Source: Candidatus Parcubacteria bacterium
GTDB lineage: Bacteria > Patescibacteriota > Minisyncoccia > Phycocordibacterales > CAIJYI01
Assembly (NCBI GenBank): GCA_026395595.1
Contig: JAPLYL010000001.1
Location: 6,174 to 70,173, forward strand
Reading direction: 5' to 3'
DNA length: 64,000 nt
Of the stretch, positions 63,980 through 64,000 are shown in pieces. Position 1 is the stretch's first letter, and every line of letters begins with the position of its first letter. The translations under genes and the position numbers were made by a program. The notes under the pieces were generated by a model, which searched no databases, was not told where the DNA came from, and saw only the letters and a list, made by a program, of their open reading frames with translations.

Positions 63980-64000
63980 TGGAAAAATTACTTTATACCA

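Overview
This 64-kb window is from an AT-rich, gene-dense bacterial chromosome. The gene content resembles a reduced-genome lineage such as CPR/Patescibacteria: short rpoB and uvrC, a hinge-less short smc, lysine-rich tails on bL27 and sigma-70, and many small hypothetical proteins. That lineage call is an inference.

Layout. Positions 1-9556 are a minus-strand cell-surface locus: a partial membrane-anchored protein, an 893-aa Ig-like repeat protein, a secreted protein, six tandem VirB2/TrbC-like pilin paralogs and a solute-binding protein, with one small plus-strand acidic ORF embedded among the pilins. The rest is housekeeping: uvrC, bL27, bL9, Ctp protease, corA, cysS, glyQS, uvrB, a type IV pilin, two Glu/Leu/Phe/Val dehydrogenase paralogs, pgi, a GH15/GT4 sugar cluster, pyrD, dnaG-rpoD, rpoB-rpoC, an rpsP-KH-trmD operon, RNase R and a short SMC. 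I found no rRNA, tRNA or CRISPR.

Most notable observations, all read directly from the sequence:
- A three-copy GC-rich structured element (E1-E3). Each copy has a CGTCAT/ATGACGA closing helix around three hairpins with conserved junction nucleotides and compensatory stem changes. E3 is flanked by inverted and direct repeats, a MITE-like signature.
- A second palindromic repeat family (core ACAAGGGCGTACC). One copy is intergenic and one is in-frame inside uvrB, analogous to Rickettsia palindromic elements.
- Two homopolymer frameshifts in the surface locus: an A7 tract separating a signal peptide from the repeat protein, and a C6 tract splitting a small Tyr/Asp-rich ORF.
- Six exact copies of the DnaA-box consensus TTATCCACA, four of them in the pilin locus.
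- A near-identical 40-nt leader immediately upstream of both pgi and dnaG.
- Perfect 54-bp and 38-bp palindromes (upstream of smc for the latter).
- Paralogous coiled-coil proteins with different numbers of 21-nt tandem repeats.
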